Assembly: GCA_036918135.1 (NCBI GenBank)
Contig: JBALDB010000008.1
Location: 120,485 to 184,484, forward strand
DNA length: 64,000 bases
Source of the DNA: Nostoc sp.
GTDB taxonomy: Bacteria > Cyanobacteriota > Cyanobacteriia > Cyanobacteriales > Nostocaceae
Direction: 5' to 3'
Below are positions 50,656-60,498 of this stretch, in pieces (position 1 is the first letter of the stretch; each line of letters starts with the position of its first letter). The notes below the pieces were generated by a model, which searched no databases, was not told the origin of the DNA, and was given only the letters and a program-made list of their open reading frames with translations. A program made the translations under genes and the position numbers.

Positions 50656-52865
50656 ATACAGGGGATACAAATACAATTCTTGGCAAACCGCTCAATCGAG
50701 TCGATGGACACCTAAAGGTGACGGGTGGCGCACGCTACTCGGCTGAGTTTCCGGTAGCAAAAATGACTTATGGGGTGACAATTCAAAGCACGATAGCCAA
50801 AGGTAAGATTGCTAAAATCGATACAAAAGCGGCGGAACAAGTACCGGGTGTATTAGCAGTAATTACCCACCTGAACGCACCTAAAGCGAATGGCGACAAG
50901 GGCGGCGGTCGCAAGCTGCAAGTGCTACAAGATAACATTGTCCTGTATAGCGGTCAGCACATTGGTATCGTCGTTGCCGATACCTTTGAACGAGCTATGT
51001 ACGCTGCCTCCCTGGTGCAAGTTCGTTATGACGAAGAAAAGCCGACCATCAATATGCGGGAGAACCTCGCTAAAGCATATTTTCCCAAAGGTAAAATCCC
51101 CAGAGAAGAGTCGCCCGATTCAGCGCATGGTAATGTCAACCAGGGACTAGCGGCTGCGGCTGTGCGTGTCGAGCAAACTTATACTACACCGATTGAAAAT
51201 CACAATCCAATGGAGCCTCATGCCACAACAGCAGTTTGGCAAGGCGATCGACTGCTGCTGTATGATGCAACCCAAGGAATCTTTGAGGCTCAAAAAAAAG
51301 TGGCAGGGGTATTGGGAATTGAGCCAGAGAAAGTTCGCGTTATGTCTTACTTTGTTGGCGGTGGCTTCGGTTGCAAAGGGTCGTCTTGGTCGCATGTGCC
51401 TCTAGCGGCGATGGCAGCACGGCAGGTTAAGCGTCCAGTGAAATTAGTTCTGGGTCGCATACAAATGTATGGGCCTGTGGGCTTTCGACCAGAGACGATT
51501 CAACAGGTTTCTCTAGGTGCAACCCGCGAGGGCAAATTAACTGCTCTGCGACACAGTGGCATTTCTCAGACTTCAACTTTCGATGAATTTATCGAACCAG
51601 TTGGTAAAAGCGCCCGCATGATTTACGCTAGCCCGAATATCGAAACTAGCCACCGTCTGGTGCAGCTCGATGAGGGTACACCAACTTTCATGCGCGCCCC
51701 AGGCGAAGCTTCTGGGTCTTTTGCCCTAGAATCGGCAATGGACGAACTAGCTTATGCACTCAACATCGACCCCGTCGAGCTGCGTCTGCGTAACCATGCT
51801 GATGTCGATCCTAGTAAAGGACTGCCTTGGTCGAGCAAGTCACTCATTCAGTGCTATAGATTAGGAGCAGAAAAGTTTGGCTGGCAGAAGCGCAATCCTC
51901 AGCCCCGTTCGATGCGAGACGGCAATTATTTGATTGGCTGGGGTATGGCGACAGCAACTTATCCTACCAACCGTTCTCCAGCATCAGCGATCGCTCGAAT
52001 TATGGCAGACGGTACAGCCGTTGTGCAGAGCGGTTCGCAAGATATTGGTACGGGGACTTACACTGTAATGACTCAAGTCGCAGCTGAGGCACTCGGTCTA
52101 CCAGTTGAGAAAGTTCGCTTTGAACTAGGCGATACTAAGATGCCAGAAACTCCTGTTTCCGGTGGTTCGCAAACTGCTGCCAGTGTCAGTTCCTCCGTGC
52201 ATTTAGCGGGAAATCAAGCTCGCAGTCAGCTTTTGCAATTAGCACTTGCCGATCGCAAATCGCCGCTTTATAGTTCAAACGCTGAGGATGTGATTGCCGA
52301 AAATGGCAGCTTTTTCTTAAAAAATAAATCCTCTGCAACTGAAACATATCAGGCAATCTTGGCACGGCATGGAATGAAAATGATTGAAGCGCGTGGTGAT
52401 GCCCAACTCGGAGAAGAACAAAAGAAGTTCTCAATGCACGCATTTGGAGCGCAATTTGCGGAAGTTCGCGTTGAGCCTGATTTGGGTGAAGTGCGAATAT
52501 CGCGCTGGGTGGGAACTTTTGGCGTAGGACGAATACTCAATGCTAAAACAGCCAACAGTCAGCTGATCGGTGGGATTATCTATGGCATCGGCATGGCACT
52601 GATGGAACATACGGTAACAGACCCGAATCTCGGACGCGTTGTTAACCACGATTTAGCTGAGTACCACGTCCCAGTGAATGCAGACATTCCTGATATTCAG
52701 GTGTTGTTTGTCGATGAACGCGATCCATATATCAACCCGCTTGGTGTCAAAGGAATTGGCGAAATTGGGATTACCGGCACGGCGGCGGCAGTCGCTAACG
52801 CTGTGTATCATGCCACAGGTAAACGTATCCGCGATTTGCCAATTACATTAGATAAACTGCTGTAG
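50652..52865 (+). CDS. paoC: Aldehyde oxidoreductase molybdopterin subunit (PaoC/YagR-like)
   Basis: RVDGHLKVTG, HNPMEPH, VGGGFGCKG, FMRAPGE, DIGTG, KGIGEIG. Confidence 0.88.
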   Translation: MNTGDTNTILGKPLNRVDGHLKVTGGARYSAEFPVAKMTYGVTIQSTIAKGKIAKIDTKAAEQVPGVLAVITHLNAPKANGDKGGGRKLQVLQDNIVLYSGQHIGIVVADTFERAMYAASLVQVRYDEEKPTINMRENLAKAYFPKGKIPREESPDSAHGNVNQGLAAAAVRVEQTYTTPIENHNPMEPHATTAVWQGDRLLLYDATQGIFEAQKKVAGVLGIEPEKVRVMSYFVGGGFGCKGSSWSHVPLAAMAARQVKRPVKLVLGRIQMYGPVGFRPETIQQVSLGATREGKLTALRHSGISQTSTFDEFIEPVGKSARMIYASPNIETSHRLVQLDEGTPTFMRAPGEASGSFALESAMDELAYALNIDPVELRLRNHADVDPSKGLPWSSKSLIQCYRLGAEKFGWQKRNPQPRSMRDGNYLIGWGMATATYPTNRSPASAIARIMADGTAVVQSGSQDIGTGTYTVMTQVAAEALGLPVEKVRFELGDTKMPETPVSGGSQTAASVSSSVHLAGNQARSQLLQLALADRKSPLYSSNAEDVIAENGSFFLKNKSSATETYQAILARHGMKMIEARGDAQLGEEQKKFSMHAFGAQFAEVRVEPDLGEVRISRWVGTFGVGRILNAKTANSQLIGGIIYGIGMALMEHTVTDPNLGRVVNHDLAEYHVPVNADIPDIQVLFVDERDPYINPLGVKGIGEIGITGTAAAVANAVYHATGKRIRDLPITLDKLL

Positions 52866-52871
52866 ATAAAA

Positions 52872-52920
52872 AATGCGATCGCCGAAATATGAAAGCTCAA
52901 TCATGTGATTGGCGATCGCA
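52872..52920 (+). repeat. Junction repeat R, copy 1 (HIP1-flanked)
   Basis: tgcgatcgccgaaatatgaaagctcaatcatgtgattggcgatcgc. Confidence 0.75.
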
Positions 52921-53024
52921 ATGATATCCTGTAGTTTCTTTTACCAATCAGTAGAAGTCTCAGGGTTGATGACGACTAAAGTAGAATTTGGTACTGTTAG
53001 CTCGGAATCACTGTAGTTACCTCC

Positions 53025-53963
53025 GTGACCGAGATGAGTAGTCGATCGGCCCGCTCCTACGCTTTCTTGTCGATTGCAACAGCAATCGTCACTATTGCTC
53101 TCAAGTTTGGCGCTTACCTGCTAACCGGGTCAGTGGGACTGCTTTCAGATGCTATTGAATCAATTGTAAATCTTGTAGCAGCATTGGTCGCTCTGTGGGC
53201 ATTGACCTATGCTGATAAACCCGCAGATGCCGAACACGCCTTTGGACATTCTAAAGCCGAATACTTCTCCAGTGGTGCAGAAGGTGCGTTGATTGTAGTC
53301 GCAGCCATCAGCATTGCTGTTGAAGCTTGGGGACGCTTGTTGCATCCAGAACCGTTAACACAGCTGGGATGGGGGTTGGCACTCTCCCTATTTGCAACCG
53401 CAATCAACGGCGTTGTTGCCTTTATCTTGCTACGGGCAGGGCGACGCTTGCGTTCCATTACACTCAGGGCTGATGCTCACCACCTGTTTACTGATGTAGT
53501 GACTTCCGGTGGTGTGGTAGTTGGAATCTTCCTCGTCAAGGTAACAGGCGCTCTCGTACTCGATCCAATTGTCGCCCTGATAGTAGCAGCAAATATTACT
53601 TGGACAGGATTTCGTTTGCTGCGGGAAACCAGTAGCGCACTACTGGATGCAGCTTTGCCTAAAAAAGAAATTGACGCAATCAAGAGCATCCTTAACGAGT
53701 ACAAACATCAAGATATCCAGTTCCATGCCTTGCGAACCCGCACTGCTGGAACCCGCCGCTTTGTTTCCTTTCATGTTCTTGTACCTGGATCTTGGACGGT
53801 GCAACAAGGGCATGATTTATGCGAGGCAATTGAGCTTGCTATTCTTCGGGTGCTGCCTTCAACCCACGTTACAACTCACCTAGAACCTGTAGAAGATCCA
53901 GTTTCTTGGGAAGATTTGGAGTTAGAGCGTCCGAGCAATCAGCAAATGCAAGATATGAGATAA
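53025..53963 (+). CDS. Cation diffusion facilitator (FieF-like) transporter
   Basis: [36 protein letters not shown]. Confidence 0.92.
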   Translation: MTEMSSRSARSYAFLSIATAIVTIALKFGAYLLTGSVGLLSDAIESIVNLVAALVALWALTYADKPADAEHAFGHSKAEYFSSGAEGALIVVAAISIAVEAWGRLLHPEPLTQLGWGLALSLFATAINGVVAFILLRAGRRLRSITLRADAHHLFTDVVTSGGVVVGIFLVKVTGALVLDPIVALIVAANITWTGFRLLRETSSALLDAALPKKEIDAIKSILNEYKHQDIQFHALRTRTAGTRRFVSFHVLVPGSWTVQQGHDLCEAIELAILRVLPSTHVTTHLEPVEDPVSWEDLELERPSNQQMQDMR

Positions 53964-53997
53964 AAGATTAATCGCTACTGTTGAGCTTTAAGGAATC

Positions 53998-54066
53998 GCG
54001 CGATCGCATCTTCGATCGACTGCAACGCGGAAACGATAAAAGCTCAATCACCCGATTAGCGATCGC
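53998..54066 (+). repeat. Junction repeat R, copy 2 (longest)
   Basis: gcgcgatcgcatcttcgatcgactgcaacgcggaaacgataaaagctcaatcacccgattagcgatcgc. Confidence 0.8.
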
Positions 54067-54091
54067 TAATTTGCAAACTCAATTAAGTTGA

Positions 54092-54466
54092 TTAACTTGC
54101 GATCGCATCTGGCTTTTTGCGCGAAGGACGCTTGCGGTCTGATTTTTTCTTCAGTCCCACAGCTTGAGACTGATCGCTATCTGAACCATATTGCCCGCGT
54201 ACAACTTCTTTCATCGCTAATACAGCATTATGAAATTCCCACTCTGCTAATCGGGCAGCATCAGCAGCAGCACGATATAAAGCTAGTTTCTCAGTTTCGG
54301 TTTGTTGAGAAATCAACATTGCCTGATAAACTTCCTGTAACTTGGCAGCTGAAGCATCAGCACGAGTCGTGCTATAAGTGCTGACAGTTTGCAAACCGTG
54401 GAATGAGTCAATATCTTGACTAATCAGTTGAGGGCGCAAACGGTTTGTTGTATTTTGGAGAGCCAT
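54092..54466 (-). CDS. Helical hypothetical protein
   Basis: MALQNTTNRLRPQ...AEWEFHNAVL...GQYGSDSDQ..GLKKKSDRK. Confidence 0.75.
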   Translation of the reverse strand: MALQNTTNRLRPQLISQDIDSFHGLQTVSTYSTTRADASAAKLQEVYQAMLISQQTETEKLALYRAAADAARLAEWEFHNAVLAMKEVVRGQYGSDSDQSQAVGLKKKSDRKRPSRKKPDAIAS

Positions 54467-54572
54467 ACATCCATACTTAGAAAATTGTATATTTAATGTA
54501 CCCATTACAACAACAAAATTAACAGTAAGATAAAATTTTCAGATAGGGCAAGGTTATGAAGGGTGGTTTAAG

Positions 54573-54712
54573 ATAACAGACCGATGTATTAACATAACAG
54601 ACTGATGTATTGGCATAACAGACTGATGTATTGGCATAACAGACCAATGTATTGGCATAACAGACTGATGTATTGACATAACAGACTGATGTATTGGCAT
54701 AACAGACTGATG
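54573..54712. repeat. 21-nt tandem repeat ATAACAGACTGATGTATTGGC, about 6.7 copies
   Basis: Units start at 54573, 54594, 54615, 54636, 54657, 54678 and 54699, with no spacers. Confidence 0.92.
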
Positions 54713-54850
54713 CAATTACAAAACCGTAAGACGATACTAATTAGCAAGTAGTGCGACAATTGTGCGATCGCACAATAGTAGCTTTATATTGGAGGCGAAT
54801 TTCAATAACTCTTTAATGAAACTGATTGTTATTTCCTTCATTGCTGCGTC

Positions 54851-54900
54851 AAATGCAATGCCGAAACGATGAAAGCTCAATCACCCGATTAGCGATCGCA
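54851..54900 (+). repeat. Junction repeat R, copy 3
   Basis: tgcaatgccgaaacgatgaaagctcaatcacccgattagcgatcgc; 43/46 identical to copy 2. Confidence 0.8.
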
Positions 54901-55247
54901 CTCATTTTTCGGTCTACTGAAGGTGACTTTAAAGGGCGATCGACTACTTTAAAGTTTTTGTGAAGCCAGTAAAGAAGACAATAAAAAGCTTAGTGAATCT
55001 ATTATTATACTAATGATTTTTAAGGATGCTGTGGTGAGAGGAAATTAGTAGGAAAACCATAGATATCTAGTTATCTCTACAAAATCAATCTGGTTTTCTG
55101 AAGCGATCGCTCAGTTTTCCAGTTGGCTTGAGTAGGAAATTTTGTGTTGATGAAGCCTATTAAATCCCTACCTTCCATTTGTGCATCTTTAAGTTCAATT
55201 GGCTAGCTTTGATGATTGTAGTTCTAATTAGGAGTCCATTCAAAATC

Positions 55248-55814
55248 GTGAAAACCGAAAAGTTCGCACTCTCGACTATTGTAGCACTAGCTACCTTAGC
55301 TATCACTGCAACGGCTGCACAAGCAGTCTCGATCGTCAATCAAGCCTTAGACGTTCTCTCAGCGCCTCCCTCCGGTGAACCACTCTTCACTTTCACCGAG
55401 CTAGGAGCTACGTCCCTGCCCTATGCTAGCCCTACTCTGACGACAGGATCGGGACCTGCACTAACGATTAACAATAATCTGAACAACTTGGATGTCTCTG
55501 TTGGTGATATTGTGTATCGTTTGTTAAGCCCTGATGCTCAGTTTGGCACTGTTACTTCAAACCTTTACAAGGTGACGCTATCTGAAAACAACTCCGTTGC
55601 AACATTCACAGGCGCGCGCATCAACCCTGGTGAAGTGTTCCGCATTCAGCGCACAGTCAGCGATGGATCGCCTGTCGATTTTAGCTCAAGATTATCTACC
55701 GCAAATGAAACGAACACGGCTACTGTTCCTGAACCGACGACAATTGCAGGTCTAGCGCTTGCAGGTGTCGCTTGTGCCTACATGCGTCGGCGCAAACAGC
55801 AAGCCGCAGGATAA
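55248..55814 (+). CDS. PEP-CTERM sorting domain protein
   Basis: Signal peptide ending AAQA; C-terminal VPEPTT + TM + RRRK; GTG start after AGGAG. Confidence 0.88.
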   Translation: MKTEKFALSTIVALATLAITATAAQAVSIVNQALDVLSAPPSGEPLFTFTELGATSLPYASPTLTTGSGPALTINNNLNNLDVSVGDIVYRLLSPDAQFGTVTSNLYKVTLSENNSVATFTGARINPGEVFRIQRTVSDGSPVDFSSRLSTANETNTATVPEPTTIAGLALAGVACAYMRRRKQQAAG

Positions 55815-56000
55815 ACAGTGAAACGAAGTAAGAATTGTGAATGCATTGATTTGCACTCACAATTGAATCAGTTTTAAACCACTAGGAGCATTAAAATTTC
55901 TAACACTCCAAAGCTGAAGTGTCACTAGTGGGAATACAATCACAAAATTATACAGTTTTGTTAGTAAAGACTGCACTAGAAAATAGCGGAGGTTAAAGTA

Positions 56001-56393
56001 ATGGATGGGCGCGATCGCTATTTACGAATCGCTTTGGTTCTTTTTGGAATAGCTTTTCTACTTATCTATCCGCTAACTCAGGTCTGGGCATCAGGCTGGT
56101 TATGGCAACCAGGTCAGCACGAATACGAACAGATGATTATTGGTGTCTATGCAACGCTTGGTATATTTTTGCTGCTAGCTTCAAGGCAACCAGAAGCTCA
56201 CCTCAGTTTAATCTGGTTTACTGTCTGGTCAAGTTTAGTCCACGGACTGATCATGGCGGTACATGCAGTAATTGACCCTGTTGAACATGGACACCTGTTT
56301 GGTGATGTTCCAGCATTGTTCTTGGTAGCAATTGTCCTTGGCTTTTTAGCGCCCCGCAAAGTAGTGTCAAGTACATCAACGGGCATGGAATGA
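56001..56393 (+). CDS. Small membrane protein (DUF6632-like)
   Basis: YEQMIIGVYATLGIFLL, SLIWFTVWSSLVHG, GHLFGDVPAL. Confidence 0.75.
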   Translation: MDGRDRYLRIALVLFGIAFLLIYPLTQVWASGWLWQPGQHEYEQMIIGVYATLGIFLLLASRQPEAHLSLIWFTVWSSLVHGLIMAVHAVIDPVEHGHLFGDVPALFLVAIVLGFLAPRKVVSSTSTGME

Positions 56394-56430
56394 CTGTAAA
56401 TCTACGCAATTGAAGAAATAAACAACTGAA

Positions 56431-56465
56431 GCGCGATCGCATCTTTGATAAACTGTAACGCCGAA
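56431..56465 (+). repeat. Junction repeat R, copy 4 (5' half only)
   Basis: gcgcgatcgcatctttgataaactgtaacgccgaa versus copy 2 gcgcgatcgcatcttcgatcgactgcaacgcggaa. Confidence 0.65.
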
Positions 56466-56634
56466 TAGAGATAGAGCAAGCTTAAGCAAAAGCTAAGCAT
56501 TATTAATGCATTGGCTTACGTTGTGAATGCATCTTGGGGAATATGTTTCAAAACAGACCTTAGTTAGAATCTTTGTACTAAATTGCCGTGGTATCATTAC
56601 GGTTCATTTCTGTTATTGCTTGAAGGAGACAATT

Positions 56635-57702
56635 ATGGAAATCAGTAGACGCAGCTTGTTAAAAACTGCTTCTGCTTCGGGATTAGTAGCAGCAGGACTT
56701 GCAGCTTCGGAAGGATTTTTGCAACCAATCCTCGCTCAAGCAGAACCCGTTGATGAAAATACTCAATTGCTAGCTCAAACACCCGCTGCAACTCGACGCG
56801 GCGAAATGTTGTATCGCACCCTTGGACGCACCGGAGAACAAGTATCTGTGATTGGCTTGGGGGGATACCACATTGGAAAAATTGAAGATGAGCAAGAAAG
56901 TATCAAGCTGATCCGCAGTGCCATCGATCGCGGCATCAACTTTATGGATAACTCTTGGGACTATAACAACGGACGTAGCCACCGTTGGATGGGAAATGCT
57001 CTGAAAAATGGTTATCGTCAAAAAGTCTTTTTAATGACGAAAATCGACGGTCGCACCAAAGCTGCTGCCAAAATGCAGATTGATGATTCGCTCAAAGATT
57101 TGCAGGTCGATCATCTTGATTTGGTGCAGCATCATGAAATATTGCGCTTTGAAGACCCGGATCGCGTCTTTGCTCCTGGTGGCGCAATGGAGGCGGTTGT
57201 CGAGGCGCAGAAGGCAGGCAAAATTCGCTATATCGGTTTCACAGGACATAAAAATCCTCTGATTCACCTTCAGATGCTTGAAACTGCCAGACAAAATAAT
57301 TTTCGCTTCGACACTGTGCAGATGCCATTGAATGTCATGGATGCCCATTTTAGAAGTTTTGGGCAACAGGTTCTACCTGTGTTAGTGAAAAACAACATTG
57401 GTGTCTTGGCAATGAAAACGATTGGGGAGTCTTACATTCTCAGAAGCAACACAGTCAGTGCGATCGAGTGCCTGCACTATGCCATGAATTTGCCTACCTC
57501 AGTGGTAATTACGGGCATCGACAGTATGAAAATTTTAGACCAAGCCTTTGAGGCAGTCCGTACATTTAAGCCAATGGATCAAGCACAAGTGACAGCACTG
57601 TTAGCACGTACCCGTGAAGCTGCAGCCAAAGGACAGTACGAACGATATAAGACCACAACCCAAAATGATAGTACAGCGATGAATCCAGCTTGGTTGGGGT
57701 AA
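56635..57702 (+). CDS. Aldo/keto reductase with Tat signal peptide
   Basis: SRRSLLK leader; YRTLGRTG, FMDNSWDY, MTK, GKIRYIGFTGH; ATG 56635 after AAGGAG. Confidence 0.88.
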   Translation: MEISRRSLLKTASASGLVAAGLAASEGFLQPILAQAEPVDENTQLLAQTPAATRRGEMLYRTLGRTGEQVSVIGLGGYHIGKIEDEQESIKLIRSAIDRGINFMDNSWDYNNGRSHRWMGNALKNGYRQKVFLMTKIDGRTKAAAKMQIDDSLKDLQVDHLDLVQHHEILRFEDPDRVFAPGGAMEAVVEAQKAGKIRYIGFTGHKNPLIHLQMLETARQNNFRFDTVQMPLNVMDAHFRSFGQQVLPVLVKNNIGVLAMKTIGESYILRSNTVSAIECLHYAMNLPTSVVITGIDSMKILDQAFEAVRTFKPMDQAQVTALLARTREAAAKGQYERYKTTTQNDSTAMNPAWLG

Positions 57703-57715
57703 ATTTTATTACTAT

Positions 57716-57863
57716 TAGGACTTACGCAGCGATAATTGGTCATTGCGAACGAAACGCAGTGTAGTGAAGCAATCCCAGTCTTGATGAGATTGCTTCGCTT
57801 CTCTTCGAGACGCTCCGCGAACGCTCGCAATGACGGAAATACGTTACCTTTGCGTAAGTCCTG
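57716..57863. mobile_element. MITE with TIR AGGACTTACGCA / TGCGTAAGTCCT and internal GTCATTGCGA...TCGCAATGAC hairpin
   Basis: Perfect 12-bp inverted termini; nested inverted repeats. Confidence 0.78.
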
Positions 57864-58206
57864 ACTACAGGTTTAATTTAGTCCTTCTACTTACAACCCA
57901 AAATTACAGTACAGCGATGAGGCTTTTGGTTACCAGCTTACTTCCATTACTTTATCAAAGTAGGCTTGAGAAAAATATGATTAAAAACGTCGATTTTGAT
58001 TAATTAAGACTTTTGTAATAAATTTAAAGCACTCTGCAAAAACTGGAAGTTACAGAAAACAAATATTCAGTGCTAACTCTAATAATAAATAAATTACTTA
58101 AATTGACAACTATCTTGGGGGGCATGATTTTAGTGGTGTTTTTGTTTATCTTGGATAGCAGAACACCGCGAGCGCAGTCAATTTAATGCATATACTATAA
58201 TCATTA

Positions 58207-58395
58207 ATATCAAGTTCGGCTAATTACTTACAATATGGTTAGTCTTTTTGGTAATTGGTAATTGGTAGTTGGTAGTTGGTAATTAAAAAGAGGTGAACAG
58301 TTGTGTTTTTCTTCTCATTACCCATTCATGCTGAGCGCAGTCAAAGCATTACCAATCCTCACAGATATCATAAGTATTCAACCGAACATGATATA
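58207..58395 (+). mobile_element. MITE family A, complete copy carrying an SDR1-like insert
   Basis: ATATCAAGTTCGGCTAATTACTTA ... TAAGTATTCAACCGAACATGATAT; internal gctgagcgcagtcaaagc. Confidence 0.78.
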
Positions 58396-58500
58396 ACAGA
58401 TGGAAAATCGACTTGTATCTGATATCTCACAGCGATTGTTTTGATTGAGACTGCTTGCTCAAGCTTATAAACTGCGATAAAGAGAAAAATTAGCCATCAA

Positions 58501-59658
58501 ATGAACGAAGTACAAGCAATTTTAGAAGGCTTTGAGTCAAGTCAAAAAAGTGGTGAAATTACTTTCCTTGCCACTGTAGTCAAAACTCAAGGTTCAACCT
58601 ATCGCCGACCTGGTGCTAAAATGTTGATGACAAATACAGGCCAGACAATCGGCACAATCAGCGCTGGTTGCTTAGAGAACGACGTATTTGAGCATACTCA
58701 ACAACGAATGTCGGACGGCAAACCAATTGTTGTTACTTACGATAACACCGCCTCTGAAGATATTCTTTGGGGCTTTGGTTTAGGGTGCAATGGGACAGTG
58801 CAAGTTCTCATCGAACGCCTTGAGAGAGAAAGCACACCGAATGCGATCGCTTTTATACAGGAGTGCTTTGATAAAAAACATTTGGGTATTATTGCTACAG
58901 TCTTTGCCTTAGAAGGTGCAGTGAAGGTCAAACTTGGGTCGCGTTTACTGCTGTATCCAAATGGTAAAGTTATTACTGATATCAAAGATAAAAATTTAAT
59001 TCAATCTCTAATTGCAGATACTCAAGCAGCCTTTGGCGATCGCAAGTCAAGGGTAAATAAATATCAGTTATCTTTAGGCAGTGTAGAAGTTTTCATCGAA
59101 GTCATCCAACCACCTACACCTTTAGTAATATTTGGTGCAGGCTATGACGCTGTACCCGTAGCACAGTTTGCTCAAGCATTAGGTTGGGACGTTACTGTAG
59201 TCGATTGTCGAGCTAATGAGGCAACTAAAGAGCGATTTCCAACAGCTTGTAATGTGATTCTTAGTCGGCGAGAAATTGTACAAAAACAGGTATTTGTAGA
59301 TAGCTACACAGTTGCTGTAGTGATGACGCATAATTACCTTGACGATGTGGAAATTTTAAAAATGTTGTTGCCATCTCCTGCACATTACATAGGAGTTTTA
59401 GGCCCAAAGGTGCGTACTGAAAGATTGCTGGAAGATTTAAGCTTGCAAGGAATAGTTTATACTCCCGAACAATTAACAAGATTGCACGGGCCTGTTGGCA
59501 TTGATATCGGAGCAGATACACCAGAAGAAATAGCGATCGCCATTATTGCTGAAATTCAAGCAGTGCTAACAAACCGCAGTGGTAATTTTTTAAGAAATCG
59601 CAATCAACCAATTCACCAATCTAATGAAAGTAACTCTAAGTTGCTAGTTACTAGATAG
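58501..59658 (+). CDS. xdhC: XdhC/CoxI-family Moco chaperone
   Basis: GSTYRRPGAKM, GCLE, GLGCNG, IFGAG, MTHN, GPVGIDIGADTPEEIAIAIIAEI. Confidence 0.9.
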   Translation: MNEVQAILEGFESSQKSGEITFLATVVKTQGSTYRRPGAKMLMTNTGQTIGTISAGCLENDVFEHTQQRMSDGKPIVVTYDNTASEDILWGFGLGCNGTVQVLIERLERESTPNAIAFIQECFDKKHLGIIATVFALEGAVKVKLGSRLLLYPNGKVITDIKDKNLIQSLIADTQAAFGDRKSRVNKYQLSLGSVEVFIEVIQPPTPLVIFGAGYDAVPVAQFAQALGWDVTVVDCRANEATKERFPTACNVILSRREIVQKQVFVDSYTVAVVMTHNYLDDVEILKMLLPSPAHYIGVLGPKVRTERLLEDLSLQGIVYTPEQLTRLHGPVGIDIGADTPEEIAIAIIAEIQAVLTNRSGNFLRNRNQPIHQSNESNSKLLVTR

Positions 59659-59669
59659 TTTTCTCTATT

Positions 59670-60371
59670 ATGAAATTTAACACCGAGCAAATAAACAATG
59701 ATAAATCAACCATCGCTATTATGATTCTTGCTGCTGGTGCATCCACTCGTATGGGTACACCCAAACAACTATTGCTTTATCAAAGACGTAGTTTTTTGCA
59801 ATACATTATAGAAATGGCGATCGCTTCGGTTTGTCAACCTGTGGTAGTAGTACTTGGAGCAAATGCAGAACAGATTCATCCCCAAATTAAGCAACTTCCT
59901 GTTAAAGTCGTAAAAAACTTGGATTGGGCTTGTGGAATGAGTTCTTCAATCAAGAGTGGTATTGAATTGTTAAATAATCTTACTCAAAAGATTGAAGCAG
60001 TAGTTATTACAGTTTGCGACCAGCCATTTGTTTCCCACCAAATTATTAATCGACTTGTTGATGCCTATTATTCCACAAAAAAACCGATTATCGCTTGTGA
60101 ATATGGCGGGACATTAGGTGTACCCGCTCTATTTAGCCATAATTTTTTTTCTGAACTTGCTGCTTTAAAAGATTCCGGAGCAAAAAAAGTTATTTATAAT
60201 AACCTCAATGAAGTATTTTCTATTCCGTTTCCTCTAGGAAATATCGATATTGATACCCCCAAGGATTACGAACAATTGCTATCAACTATGAAACTGGCAG
60301 GAGAGTTAGAAGATTTTGAGCGCTTACTGAGCCATGAATCCACTCAAACTATAAAAGAAGCAATTGAGTAG
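59670..60371 (+). CDS. mocA: Molybdenum cofactor cytidylyltransferase-like nucleotidyltransferase
   Basis: ILAAGASTRMGTPKQLL, GMSSSIKSG, DQP, GVPALF, DIDTPKDY; next to xdhC. Confidence 0.82.
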   Translation: MKFNTEQINNDKSTIAIMILAAGASTRMGTPKQLLLYQRRSFLQYIIEMAIASVCQPVVVVLGANAEQIHPQIKQLPVKVVKNLDWACGMSSSIKSGIELLNNLTQKIEAVVITVCDQPFVSHQIINRLVDAYYSTKKPIIACEYGGTLGVPALFSHNFFSELAALKDSGAKKVIYNNLNEVFSIPFPLGNIDIDTPKDYEQLLSTMKLAGELEDFERLLSHESTQTIKEAIE

Positions 60372-60498
60372 AAATAGATAGATAAACAGCCTTCTTTACT
60401 TTTAGCTATTGCCTCCCTACACAAATAAGTTATCCAAATCAAAGCCGATTCCTATATATTGAATCAAAATACCACTCACACTTGAGGATGCTGGGCGC

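Noticed and set aside
54573..54712. Possible CRISPR array
   Set aside because: Units are contiguous 21-mers with no unique spacers, and there are no cas genes.
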